The notes beneath the pieces are model-generated. The model saw nothing but the letters and a program-made list of their open reading frames with translations. It did not search any database and was not told where the DNA came from. From the IMG/VR virus record IMGVR_UViG_3300000547_000001, positions 1,915 to 28,180 of that record: a stretch of 26,266 nucleotides of DNA; one strand, given 5' to 3'. This document shows, piece by piece, positions 16,721-26,266 of the stretch. Every line of letters starts with the position of its first letter. The first letter of the stretch is position 1. The position numbers and the translations under genes are program-made. The stretch is from a virus (taxonomy: Duplodnaviria; Heunggongvirae; Uroviricota; Caudoviricetes).

Positions 16721-19033
16721 TTAAAATTCTATGATAAGTTTAATTCGTTCTGTCTGATCGCTTTGTCGAGATATAGGTTCAAAATGCTCTATGTAAATCA
16801 CTTCACCAGATTCATCGACAATCTTATTTTTCGTTTCATCTAGTCCACTAATCTTTGCTACAGCTCCAGACTCTTGTCCTACAAAAGTATTTATAACACC
16901 AGACAGATCATCTGATACGGAAAAGTTACCTTTAATGCCGGTCAATGAAATAACTGTTGTATTAGCTGCACCACTATTTATTTCGTGTACATAACCAGTT
17001 GCAGTAGCTTGCAATGTATTATCGACATCTAGTACTGTAGCTGTCGTATTTGCACTACTTCCCTGGATAACATTAACAGTTGTATTACCCGTTAAAAATG
17101 TTCCAGAAACGTTGAATAGTACAATAGTAGAATCGTATCTATCACTTACAGTTCCTTGAGCACCGGTATCAGCCTGTGTAATCACTTCACCACTATTGTA
17201 AATAAGTGCGCTGTCATCAATAGTAAGTCTTACAATATCAGAACTAAGTTGATTAATTCCAGATTGAATTACAAGCTCGTCTTTAATAAATCCTGTACCA
17301 CTTGGACCAGTATAAGTTATTTCAACCTGATAAGTTTCTCTTTGATCAAATGTTTCAAACTGTCTATCAAGAGCTGATACTTCAGCTGTCGTATTGCTAG
17401 TTAAACCGGTAATTACATTAACACTACTGTTTCCAGTTTCAAAAAAGCCACGAATATTTGTAAGTCTTAAAGTAGAGCCATCTCTATCAGTAACGTCACC
17501 AGTTGCATTTGTATCAGACTGAATTACAGATTCACCGGCTTGGAAGTTTGTTGCAACAGAGTCAGAAAGAGTTATTTCAACGTTAGCGAATAGAGGATCT
17601 TTAATAAGAGTAAGCTTGCGATAATCATTTTCCACAGGTATCGTGTTAGCCTCAGTATTAGCAAATTCAACACTAATACATATTTTATTTGCACATAATT
17701 CATTGAAAATATTTGCGCCATGACCACCTTTAGGGCCTATAATTGTTCTGACGTCAGCCGAACTTGTAGAGATTGCTAAACTTGTATTTGTATCGATAAA
17801 GCCGGTATTAGCAACAACGGTGACTTCAGCAGTGGTATAACCACTTCCTCCTGTGATCACATTAACAGCACTAATAGTATTTGCGGAAGGATCAACTTCA
17901 GCAATTGCTCGAGCACCGGTACCATCACCGGAAATAACAACATTTGGTCCAATTTCATATACAGAACTACTATCAGGTAAAGGCGATAGTGGTTGATCCA
18001 AAAGAACTCTTCTCTCGGTGCCTGTTACAATATATTCTGAAATTGTTCTAAGTTGCCCAGCCCCAAGACCAGATTTAACGTAAAATGCACTATTTTTATA
18101 AAAGTCTGTATTAGCTGAAAGGGCAGTAGTAAGACGAGATGTAGAAACAATTGTTGCTTCTGTATTACTTGTAACACCAGTTAGTGTTTGGCCACTAACA
18201 AAATCAAAAATCGTATTTGTAATTTGAACAGTATTATTAGACTCATAGACATTAATGATAACACCAGATGAAATGTTACCATCATTATCAAGAGAGGTAA
18301 CCTTTTCTTGAACGAATCCAGTTACATCATCTACAGTCACTAGGAAGTCAGTGAATCTTTCACCAGACAATGCATACAACTGAGTGTTACCAGCAACAGC
18401 TGCTTCTTTTACTGTTCCAGTCGCATAGCTATTATAATTTTGTCCACCATCTTCTACGATAATTGTTTCAATTGCTCCACTTACAGCATTTGCAGTTACA
18501 TTAGGATCCTCAAAAATAGGAATATATTCTGTAGTAGCAAATTTATTGTATTGTGATTGTGTAATAGTGCATAGATATTTCCATTGATAACCATCTACTG
18601 TTCTATACAATTCATCTTCTGCAGATGTTTCAGAAAAAAGAGGCTGATCAATGGAAGGAACTCCACCGTTATTATCTAAACATTTAAAAATGTAATAGTT
18701 ATTAGATTCTTCTGAAACGACATAGAATATTTTGGATTGTAAATCATCATCTAAGTCATCATACTTATCGTATACTGTGCCAGATTGCCATTGATTATTT
18801 TTTACCATAAAGGCAACATCTGCAGGTGTAATATGCTTACCAAAAATTAGTTCATCGTATATCTCATGATTAACATTTTTTTGAGTGTTAACTGGAACAG
18901 GAATTTGAATGTCATTAGCAAATGGTACACTGCGATGAGCACCAGCATAATAGATAGTATTAGCAGATTCATTAAATCCTTCATAAAACTGCTGAGCAAT
19001 ATTTACTTTAAATGCATCTGTGAGAATTTTCAT
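16721..19033 (-). CDS. gp8: Baseplate wedge protein gp8-like, expanded (770 aa)
   Basis: IFGKHITPADV.FMVKNNQWQSGTVYDKYD, FYVVSEE.NNYYIFKCLDNNGG.PSIDQP, DGYQWKYLCTI, GPKGGHGAN...EL, NDYRKLTLIKDP, C-terminal SGEVIYIE..EPISRQSDQTERIKLIIEF. Synteny after gp7. Confidence 0.9.
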   Translation of the reverse strand: MKILTDAFKVNIAQQFYEGFNESANTIYYAGAHRSVPFANDIQIPVPVNTQKNVNHEIYDELIFGKHITPADVAFMVKNNQWQSGTVYDKYDDLDDDLQSKIFYVVSEESNNYYIFKCLDNNGGVPSIDQPLFSETSAEDELYRTVDGYQWKYLCTITQSQYNKFATTEYIPIFEDPNVTANAVSGAIETIIVEDGGQNYNSYATGTVKEAAVAGNTQLYALSGERFTDFLVTVDDVTGFVQEKVTSLDNDGNISSGVIINVYESNNTVQITNTIFDFVSGQTLTGVTSNTEATIVSTSRLTTALSANTDFYKNSAFYVKSGLGAGQLRTISEYIVTGTERRVLLDQPLSPLPDSSSVYEIGPNVVISGDGTGARAIAEVDPSANTISAVNVITGGSGYTTAEVTVVANTGFIDTNTSLAISTSSADVRTIIGPKGGHGANIFNELCANKICISVEFANTEANTIPVENDYRKLTLIKDPLFANVEITLSDSVATNFQAGESVIQSDTNATGDVTDRDGSTLRLTNIRGFFETGNSSVNVITGLTSNTTAEVSALDRQFETFDQRETYQVEITYTGPSGTGFIKDELVIQSGINQLSSDIVRLTIDDSALIYNSGEVITQADTGAQGTVSDRYDSTIVLFNVSGTFLTGNTTVNVIQGSSANTTATVLDVDNTLQATATGYVHEINSGAANTTVISLTGIKGNFSVSDDLSGVINTFVGQESGAVAKISGLDETKNKIVDESGEVIYIEHFEPISRQSDQTERIKLIIEF

Positions 19034-19041
19034 TTTATTTC

Positions 19042-22000
19042 CTAAATTATTTCTATGCTACTATTTGCTGCTTGAGCAATTGAAGGTATCACGCTCGAGT
19101 TAATAACTGTTCCAAATATTTCATTACCAGCAATATGTACTACATCTCTAATGATATCGATATATCTATTTAAAGATAAACCTGTTTGAATATCATATGA
19201 GAATTCCTGATAGTATTTATTATCATGGATTTTCTTTTCTGAATTAAGATGAGATGATGTGGTTTTCCAATATCCTTCAGAAATACCTTGATTAACAATT
19301 TGTGCTTTACCATTAATTATAAAATCCAAACCTTTTCTTTCTAAAATTACATCGCCATCTTGTATGTATCCATAACCTGAGTCAATAACTTCAACAACAG
19401 TAGCAATGCCAGAAGCATTAATTGCTGTTCCTTGGATATTGGCATTTTCACCAAGAGCTTCGCTTTCTGGTATACCAATTATAGAGTCAATATCAGCAGT
19501 AGACTCTGTAATGCTTCCTACTATTGGAAAACTTTGATCAAAAGCCACATTAAAAGAAGTTCTTTCAACTTCAATTACACCAGTTCCAGCTCCACTTGAT
19601 ACATAAGATAAAACTTTACCTTTTGCAGTAGTCGTTAAATCAATTTCTTGTTCGATAATTTCACCAATTGCAAATGAACCAATAACACCACTAACATTCA
19701 ATAAAAAGTTTTTTCTATTGTATGAAGCAATATATTTATTTCTAACACTAACAAACGGATCTACGTTATAATCTTGACCTGGGTTAATCCTTGTAAGTGA
19801 CGCAATAGTTCCAATAGTAAAGTTTGCCACAGTGAGAGCATTTCCAAGTATAGTATTCACATCAGAGTTTGGATCCTTTGCAAATCCATATCCAAAATCC
19901 ATAACCACTTCCGCATTTGCAATATCACCAGAAGTGGAAGGTAAATTGATAGTTGGTGCTTGATAAAACCCTGCGCCAGGATCATCAATCGTTATTGTTT
20001 GAATTGTTCCATTTGCATCCGTAGTAATAGATCCTTCAGCTTCAAGTAAAGGATCTCCGCTAGCGAAACCACCACCGTCAAACGTAACAATAGAACCATT
20101 AGAGTATAGTGTTCCTCCATCATTTATTGTAATGCTATCAATAAATCCGACACCACTATTAGATCCGTCAAGACCAATATCAACAAATGGCACTCCGGCA
20201 ATATTTACACCCCCAATAAGATCAGTATTTAATGATACAACTTCTGTATCTTCAAGGAAACCGATATCAAAATCAGCACCAATACCAGTTTTAATATCAA
20301 TGATAGATTTTTCTACTTCAATAATATCTCCATTTGCATTACGCGGTGGAGATAAAAGCTCTTCACGATTTGTTTCAATTGTAAAAGCACTTGATCCTTC
20401 AACAAAATAAAATGGTTCTGTATTTCCATAAATCCCAATTGATGTTGTGTTTTGACCAACCACAATACCTTGACTGTAATTATTCGATACAGTATCAATT
20501 ACACCATTAGCTGCACTATTACCAGAAAGCCAAAGATCAGTTGCACCACTATCAATTACTGTATCGATAGTATCAATCAATCTAGTCTTAACACCACGAA
20601 TTTTATTGTTAGCTGTGAATTCACCGAAAATATCTCGAACATTTACATTTGCTCCATCCACAGAAGCTACTTGGCCTCTTGCACCAGGATCTGTGATATT
20701 AATACTATCGACACTCGCCTCAACACTAGTATTTGATTGAAGGATAATTTTAAGATCTTCAGAGAACTCGCCCCAAGCTTCGATAAGAGAAAGTGTTGTG
20801 GCATTTGCTGTATCAACAGTGCCAAATACATAACTCGTAATTAGATTAGCTACAGGATCTCTTTCTTCTTGAAAGATTACATCTCCAGGAGAAAATGTAC
20901 CAGTAGCATCTGAATAAGTAATATCAAGAGCAGATTCTTCTTCAATATATTCTGTAGGAAAAAATGCTACAGCATTTGAAGTTTGGATTAAACGCAAATC
21001 GTTAAATGTGCTACCTTCTAATGCCTGTAACGTAATGATAGAATTTGCGGATGCAGTTGTTATAATGTTCCCGTTTGCATCTGTATTAGCAACAGAAATA
21101 ACAACCCCATTAGCTACTTGTGTGCCTGATCCATCGATACCAAGAATGTAATCACCAGCAACTGCATTATTAATATCTGTGGCAGATAAAGTTGTAATTG
21201 TTTCAATTCTTTGCACAACTGTTTCATAATCAATAAAGTCTAAATTTGCATTATCGATATCTAACATTGCAGTTGCGACATATATGTCGCTTGCTGTTTG
21301 ATCAGGAAACTGAGTATTTGTGTATCCGTAACCGCCCTCTACAATTTCAAAATCAACTCGACCTGTGGCATCTACAGTATCAGTTACACGAACTTTGCCT
21401 TGCTTACCCGAACTACTAACAACATCAAACACATCACCGATTTGGTTATTTCTACCGCCTTGTATCAAATTAATACTTGTAAGAGAACCTGTAATAGTAG
21501 GACAATCTTTAATGTTGCCATCTTCTGTAATTCTTTCATCTCGAATAAAATTACCTTGCACATTGCTCAAATAAACAATATCTATAATTCTGCCTTCTAC
21601 TCTTTTAGACACCACACCTTCGACAAAGGCACGTGCACCTGAGTTTGATCCTGTAATCTGCTTTCCTACAAAATTAGCAGTACGCGGTGATCTTGTTACT
21701 TCCAAATAAAAGGGTCTATACCAAATAGAATCAGAGGCACGTAAAATATCTTGACCTGGTGTATAAATCTCTGTTACATCTTCACCAAATAAGATGTTCA
21801 TTAAAAGTTTTACAGATCTCTCAGATCCTTTAGATCTATAAAGATCTAGAATATTTTTAACAAGAAATTTCTTATCAGTAAAAGCCACAAACGGAAAATC
21901 TTTAAGATACTTTTCTTTAAAGTATACAATAAACTCTTCGAGAGTAGTATCAATATCTCTGATTGTAAACATATTTCTGCTTAAATTTACAGAATAATCA

Positions 22001-22125
22001 GGATTTGATTCTAAAAACTCATAATACGCCTCAAGAAAGACAATCAGTTGTTGACCTTCTTCTTTATAGATATTCGGAAATTGACTTTCAATTAATGATG
22101 AAATATTTGTTACAATATCTGTCAT
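19042..22125 (-). CDS. gp7: Baseplate wedge protein gp7-like (1027 aa)
   Basis: N-terminal ISSLIESQFPNIYKEE...FLEAYYEFLE...LVKNILDLYRSKGSERSVKLL..ILFGE; C-terminal KIHDNKYYQEFSY.I...RY..II.DVVH.AG.EIFG. Position between gp6 and gp8. Confidence 0.85.
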   Translation of the reverse strand: MTDIVTNISSLIESQFPNIYKEEGQQLIVFLEAYYEFLESNPDYSVNLSRNMFTIRDIDTTLEEFIVYFKEKYLKDFPFVAFTDKKFLVKNILDLYRSKGSERSVKLLMNILFGEDVTEIYTPGQDILRASDSIWYRPFYLEVTRSPRTANFVGKQITGSNSGARAFVEGVVSKRVEGRIIDIVYLSNVQGNFIRDERITEDGNIKDCPTITGSLTSINLIQGGRNNQIGDVFDVVSSSGKQGKVRVTDTVDATGRVDFEIVEGGYGYTNTQFPDQTASDIYVATAMLDIDNANLDFIDYETVVQRIETITTLSATDINNAVAGDYILGIDGSGTQVANGVVISVANTDANGNIITTASANSIITLQALEGSTFNDLRLIQTSNAVAFFPTEYIEEESALDITYSDATGTFSPGDVIFQEERDPVANLITSYVFGTVDTANATTLSLIEAWGEFSEDLKIILQSNTSVEASVDSINITDPGARGQVASVDGANVNVRDIFGEFTANNKIRGVKTRLIDTIDTVIDSGATDLWLSGNSAANGVIDTVSNNYSQGIVVGQNTTSIGIYGNTEPFYFVEGSSAFTIETNREELLSPPRNANGDIIEVEKSIIDIKTGIGADFDIGFLEDTEVVSLNTDLIGGVNIAGVPFVDIGLDGSNSGVGFIDSITINDGGTLYSNGSIVTFDGGGFASGDPLLEAEGSITTDANGTIQTITIDDPGAGFYQAPTINLPSTSGDIANAEVVMDFGYGFAKDPNSDVNTILGNALTVANFTIGTIASLTRINPGQDYNVDPFVSVRNKYIASYNRKNFLLNVSGVIGSFAIGEIIEQEIDLTTTAKGKVLSYVSSGAGTGVIEVERTSFNVAFDQSFPIVGSITESTADIDSIIGIPESEALGENANIQGTAINASGIATVVEVIDSGYGYIQDGDVILERKGLDFIINGKAQIVNQGISEGYWKTTSSHLNSEKKIHDNKYYQEFSYDIQTGLSLNRYIDIIRDVVHIAGNEIFGTVINSSVIPSIAQAANSSIEII

Positions 22126-22127
22126 AC

Positions 22128-23903
22128 TTAACTACCAATAACTGTAATTGTGATGTCTTCATCTCTTATAGTGGCTATTCTATTTTTAATCCCAAAAATA
22201 TTACCACAGCGTGTTCGTCCTACTAATTTAATGGAAGATCCTCCAAATGAATCAACAACAATGCTATTAATTACAACTGCACCGGTATTATAGTCAATTG
22301 TTCCTGCATCATTTTTAAGATATACAAATCCGCCTTCTTGATTTGAAATGATTTTTAAAATACCTCGTCCATCATCTTGTAAGAATGCAGTCTTACCTTG
22401 ATATATGAACTCAGATGATTTTAATGCAGGTTCGTGAAGATTAATATCATCACCAATATCCAAAGGAGGATGTCGATACATAACATTATTATAAGTAAAT
22501 CTTAGAGTAGAAGGAACTCCTAAAGTAGGATTGAACTCTACAATAGCTCTCACTGCTATATCATTTGATAATATTGCTGAGCTGCTATTGTCAATAGCAC
22601 TAGACAGTTTACTAAATCTAACATCTCTGTTAAATTCATTGAGATTTAAGTTACTATAATTGAGTATTGCACTTTTTGCTAGCGATTCTATATTAGATGC
22701 ACTTAAGCTTGTTTTTTCAGTGTCATAATAAACTCTAGATTCGACGCTGATGTATAGGAATTCCGCGGCCACAATTCTTGGCTCAATAGCAAGAGGCGCT
22801 CTTTCACTTAAGAAGTTAGAATACTCAGTTTTAGCATTTTCACTAACACCATCAGAATCTTGAATATCAACAGAGATAATTACTCGTCCATACTGAGGAG
22901 GATCAAGAGTCTCTCCACCATATGCAGATACGGCTTGGATTTCTGGAAACTGATTTTTTAGAAGTACTTCATAATCTGATTCTGTTACAGCTCTTTCCTG
23001 AATTTGAATAGATTTAGGAGCAAAGAATTTAATTGATTCTATGCTTTCTCTCTCAGCGCCGCCTTGTGATCTTGACGTCACAGTTTCAGTGCTACTAATC
23101 CCGTTAATTTGTGTATCTAAATTAATTGTTTGAATACCATTAGCATCATCACCATTTGTAACACGATATTCGATTCGAATTACATTACCATTAATTGGCT
23201 GTTTGCCAAATACGTTATTACCAAATACAACTTCATAACGATTACCATGATAAGGTTGAAGATAAAAAATTTCTGAATTACTTTGCACACCAAAAATATT
23301 TGATTTGTAAAGGTATTCAGTTTCAGTTGCAGAAGAACTATTAGCCTTTACATAGACTTTAACACTTTCAGTATCAACATTTGCATTATTGATAATAAAT
23401 TTTTGATCAGCAATTCCAGTAGCTTCATAAAATTCATCAATATAACGGCCTTCAAATACAACAACATCATCAATAATATACTGACCATTTATTGCTCGAG
23501 CAGTATAAGCCGTATCATTGTAAAAAGAATATGTAGAAGATCCACAGCGCGCGGTAAATTTTGTCTTACGAGGAATTGTAATAGTCGCTGGGTTGTTTGT
23601 AGGGAAAAATTGAACTCGTAAATTAGCATTTGCGGATCTACGAGAGCGAGGAAGATAGTTTAATTCCTTTGCGTGCGATACAACGCTGTCCTTGATTTGT
23701 GCAGAATCAAGGAACATTTCGCTAATTGCCATGTTTGTATAAAAGTTATTTTGGAATGTATTATATGCTAATACATCCAGTAACACATTCATGTTGGATC
23801 CTTCAAAGTCATAATCTTTAAAGCGATCCTGTGCTTTAAGGTAACTTTTCAGACTTGCCTTAACGTTTTCAAAGTCAAGATTTGTAAATGTTTGGTTTGC
23901 CAT
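22128..23903 (-). CDS. gp6: Baseplate wedge protein gp6 (591 aa)
   Basis: LDFENVKASLKSYLKAQDRFKDYDFEGSNMNVLLDVLAYNT...EMFLDSAQIKDSVVSHAKELNYLPRSRRSA; GGAERESIESIKFFAP...QERAVTESDYE; YGGETLDPPQYGRV.IS. Confidence 0.96.
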   Translation of the reverse strand: MANQTFTNLDFENVKASLKSYLKAQDRFKDYDFEGSNMNVLLDVLAYNTFQNNFYTNMAISEMFLDSAQIKDSVVSHAKELNYLPRSRRSANANLRVQFFPTNNPATITIPRKTKFTARCGSSTYSFYNDTAYTARAINGQYIIDDVVVFEGRYIDEFYEATGIADQKFIINNANVDTESVKVYVKANSSSATETEYLYKSNIFGVQSNSEIFYLQPYHGNRYEVVFGNNVFGKQPINGNVIRIEYRVTNGDDANGIQTINLDTQINGISSTETVTSRSQGGAERESIESIKFFAPKSIQIQERAVTESDYEVLLKNQFPEIQAVSAYGGETLDPPQYGRVIISVDIQDSDGVSENAKTEYSNFLSERAPLAIEPRIVAAEFLYISVESRVYYDTEKTSLSASNIESLAKSAILNYSNLNLNEFNRDVRFSKLSSAIDNSSSAILSNDIAVRAIVEFNPTLGVPSTLRFTYNNVMYRHPPLDIGDDINLHEPALKSSEFIYQGKTAFLQDDGRGILKIISNQEGGFVYLKNDAGTIDYNTGAVVINSIVVDSFGGSSIKLVGRTRCGNIFGIKNRIATIRDEDITITVIGS

Positions 23904-24310
23904 TATCGGATCCTATTCAGTACTACTTCGAGTGTTGTTGGCTCTTCATTATTTATAAGAGCAAAAGTAATGATCACTCGAATCTCATTTGAGTCAATTC
24001 TTCCGGTTACATCTACGCCAAGAAGATTGCATCGAGGCTCATATGTTTGAATAGTTTCAAATACCATGTTGCGCATCGTGTCAACAGTTTCTTGTGTAAA
24101 GTTTTCGAATAACATAGCACGGATATCGCAACCAACTTCGGGTTGAAATAATCTTTCACCTCGATCAGTAAGAATCAAATTCTTAATTGACTCTTTTACT
24201 GCTTCTTCATTAATCTTCCGAGAAACATCAGAACTGACAGGATTCAAAAGCAAATCCTTTCCAAAGTCTGAATAGATTTCTCTTTTCTTTGTAAGAGGTG
24301 TGATGGCCAT
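23903..24310 (-). CDS. gp25: Baseplate wedge subunit gp25 (135 aa)
   Basis: YSDF..DL..NPVSSDV...INEEAVKESIKNLILT.RGERLFQPEVGCDIRAMLFEN...IQTYEPR. TAATG stop/start overlap with gp6. Confidence 0.95.
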   Translation of the reverse strand: MAITPLTKKREIYSDFGKDLLLNPVSSDVSRKINEEAVKESIKNLILTDRGERLFQPEVGCDIRAMLFENFTQETVDTMRNMVFETIQTYEPRCNLLGVDVTGRIDSNEIRVIITFALINNEEPTTLEVVLNRIR

Positions 24311-24330
24311 GTTTACTCTCTTCTTTTAGT

Positions 24331-24338
24331 TATTTATT
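24331..24338 (-). promoter_or_regulatory. T4-type late promoter variant (AATAAATA) upstream of gp25
   Basis: Lies in the 32-nt intergenic gap, 20 nt upstream of the gp25 ATG. One mismatch to TATAAATA. Confidence 0.65.
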
Positions 24339-24342
24339 AAAC

Positions 24343-26109
24343 TTACCAAGATCTTAGAGGACCGACATCATAATGATTGAACGTTGAGTAACTTCCAAAT
24401 CCACCAAATCCAGCAGCACGCATTTGCCTCGTAAATTCATTTAATGCAATAGAGTTGATTCCCACTGTTCGAATATCAAGTGCTTCACCTCGTATATGAC
24501 GTGAATTAACAGCAACTCCACTATTTTCTTGAACAACTCTAAGGTACCAATTGTAATAAGGACTGCGGTATGCGCTATTAATTGTGAGCTCAGGTAAATC
24601 AAATCCTGCAGCTTTAGTAGCATCAATTGCTCTAATCAATCTTACCCATACACCAATCTTTACTTTACCCCAGCCAGCATCAACAATACCACCATCAAAA
24701 CCAAGATCATAATGATAGTTCTCATCTTGTCTAAAGTACTTTTGATGCTCTGGATCAGTTTTGTTATTTTTAAACCAACCTTGAGACTTTTGTCCCATAG
24801 TCGGCACATTTGATCCTCTAAAGGTAAAATATCCAATGAGACCGGTTTGTGATATTTGATCAAGAAGATCACGCTCTTTTTGTGTTAAATCATCAGGAAG
24901 ATACTGCTGACCTGGGTTAGCTCTATTCCAAACGTCAGCACCTGCGCTTCTACTAATATCACGCTGACGTGGCGGAACTCTAAGAGCACCTGAAGTAGAA
25001 AGTGTACTTCTCATATTGCTAGAAAAGCTTGATGCAAAGTTATGTGTATCAGTATAAGAAGAAACAAGATTTGCTAAATTATTAACAGGCTTATTCATAA
25101 TCGAATTAATTAGCTCTGATATCTTACAGGCCTTAAGTAGGAAAAAGTTTAACACATCAGGAACTACATCTTCAAATTGATTAATCGCCTTTTTAAAGAA
25201 TGCTCTAATATCATCCTTAAGTCTATTCATATTTTCAGCAGAAAAGAAGTTTTTTACTTGTTTGATTTTCTTGTTAATAAAATTATAAGCGGCTTTTGGT
25301 AATTCACCAATCTCATTAAACAATCTTTTTGCGGTGTCAGCAATACCTTTAACCTTTTGTAATAAAGAATCCTTTACTCGATCAACAATACTAATAAGCT
25401 GATTTTGAAATGATTCAAGAGTAGACATTAATGAAGATATAATGCCACTTAGAGAACCATACTTTTGAATATCATTAAGAATATTTGAAATATTTCCGGC
25501 TAAACCTTGAATACCGCGAATAAGATCAGTAAATGTTTGTGCAACACCAAGAATCTTTTTAAACGGATCAATAAAGCTCGCACACAGATTTTCATTAAAC
25601 TCATTAGCATTAAAGTAATTATTTTGAATACTTAAAAGCGCATTAAGATTTTCTGAATTACTAGAGCTAATAATTTCTTGACGATCATAGCCACTATCTA
25701 CTAACGAATCAATTAACTCGTTTCTTGTTGCATTATCTATTTCAATTGGAAAATCGTTAATAAAAGTCGTTTGTACAAAATCAATAGATAGTCCAGATGA
25801 TATTAAAATATCACCAAAAACTGCTTCAGAAATAGGAGAAATAGAGCCTTCTGATATTTCTATGGTAGAAACTTGAGAGTCGGAAAGATTTGTTAATGTT
25901 TCTGAATTAAACGCACTCTTCCTTACTGCTTGATTAAGCGCAGGATAAGGTGTTAAATCTACATTCTGTAAAAGCGTATTATTTAATGTTGATACTGTTC
26001 TCAGCTCATTTAAATCAAATCTACTTAAAGGATCGTTAAGTTGTGTTATGTCAACTGTACTATCAGCAACTAAAGCTGATGTAGGATATATTGGTTTACA
26101 TACTGCCAT
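24343..26109 (-). CDS. Baseplate-region protein with long helical N-terminus and C-terminal Peptidase M15 (Zn D-Ala-D-Ala peptidase/YcbK-like) domain (588 aa)
   Basis: INSAYRS...NSRHIRGEALD (H-x6-D)...GFGGFGSYSTFNHYDVGPLRSW: intact M15 Zn ligands H, D, H. GGAGG SD. Directly upstream of gp25. Confidence 0.85.
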   Translation of the reverse strand: MAVCKPIYPTSALVADSTVDITQLNDPLSRFDLNELRTVSTLNNTLLQNVDLTPYPALNQAVRKSAFNSETLTNLSDSQVSTIEISEGSISPISEAVFGDILISSGLSIDFVQTTFINDFPIEIDNATRNELIDSLVDSGYDRQEIISSSNSENLNALLSIQNNYFNANEFNENLCASFIDPFKKILGVAQTFTDLIRGIQGLAGNISNILNDIQKYGSLSGIISSLMSTLESFQNQLISIVDRVKDSLLQKVKGIADTAKRLFNEIGELPKAAYNFINKKIKQVKNFFSAENMNRLKDDIRAFFKKAINQFEDVVPDVLNFFLLKACKISELINSIMNKPVNNLANLVSSYTDTHNFASSFSSNMRSTLSTSGALRVPPRQRDISRSAGADVWNRANPGQQYLPDDLTQKERDLLDQISQTGLIGYFTFRGSNVPTMGQKSQGWFKNNKTDPEHQKYFRQDENYHYDLGFDGGIVDAGWGKVKIGVWVRLIRAIDATKAAGFDLPELTINSAYRSPYYNWYLRVVQENSGVAVNSRHIRGEALDIRTVGINSIALNEFTRQMRAAGFGGFGSYSTFNHYDVGPLRSW

Positions 26110-26111
26110 TC

Positions 26112-26266
26112 TTATACCTCCACAGATTCATCAGAATCGAATGCACCAATTTGACTTGTAGTCGACTCTACTTCAGAGCTAATATTTGTAACTTCTCTTT
26201 CAACAGGAGTATCGATTTCAGGTGCCTTTGTTGATTCAGGTGTTTTACTTCCGGCTGTTGCAGTAG
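26112..26266 (-). CDS. 3' fragment of the upstream gene (…TATAGSKTPESTKAPEIDTPVEREVTNISSEVESTTSQIGAFDSDESVEV*); possibly baseplate hub gp5 by synteny only
   Basis: Only minus-strand frame open from the window edge to TAA at 26114-26112, 2 nt before the next ATG. No diagnostic motif visible. Confidence 0.55.
   Translation of the reverse strand, partial: TATAGSKTPESTKAPEIDTPVEREVTNISSEVESTTSQIGAFDSDESVEV

Noticed and set aside
1-26266. tRNA, rRNA, integrase, transposase, intron or intein
   Set aside because: Intergenic gaps are all 52 nt or shorter and no such motifs or interrupted genes were seen.

Overview
AT-rich window from a T4-like myophage. The gene set (long gp7/gp8, DUF4815/VrlC-like protein, TATAAATA-type late promoters) resembles marine/freshwater T4-like phages; the host cannot be read from the sequence. 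All supported genes are on the minus strand and tightly packed. In transcription order (right to left): C-terminal fragment of an upstream gene, a helical protein with a C-terminal Zn-peptidase M15 domain, baseplate genes gp25-gp6-gp7-gp8, a 1915-aa DUF4815 protein, a 67-aa coiled-coil protein, and a 1564-aa tail fibre with a Peptidase-S74 chaperone. Coupled directly behind the fibre is a 7-gene accessory block: KpsS/TagF-like glycosyltransferase-fold protein, QueC-family PP-loop/Zn protein, a 162-aa protein with a tail-tip-like N-terminus and Thr/Ser tetrapeptide tandem repeats, GNAT, second PP-loop ATPase, and a TctA+TctC transporter pair without TctB. A late promoter and another conserved structural gene follow. 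The best candidate for an undescribed system is this block, which may chemically decorate a Thr/Ser-repeat virion protein. That function is inference. Family assignments come from motifs read by eye, not database searches.
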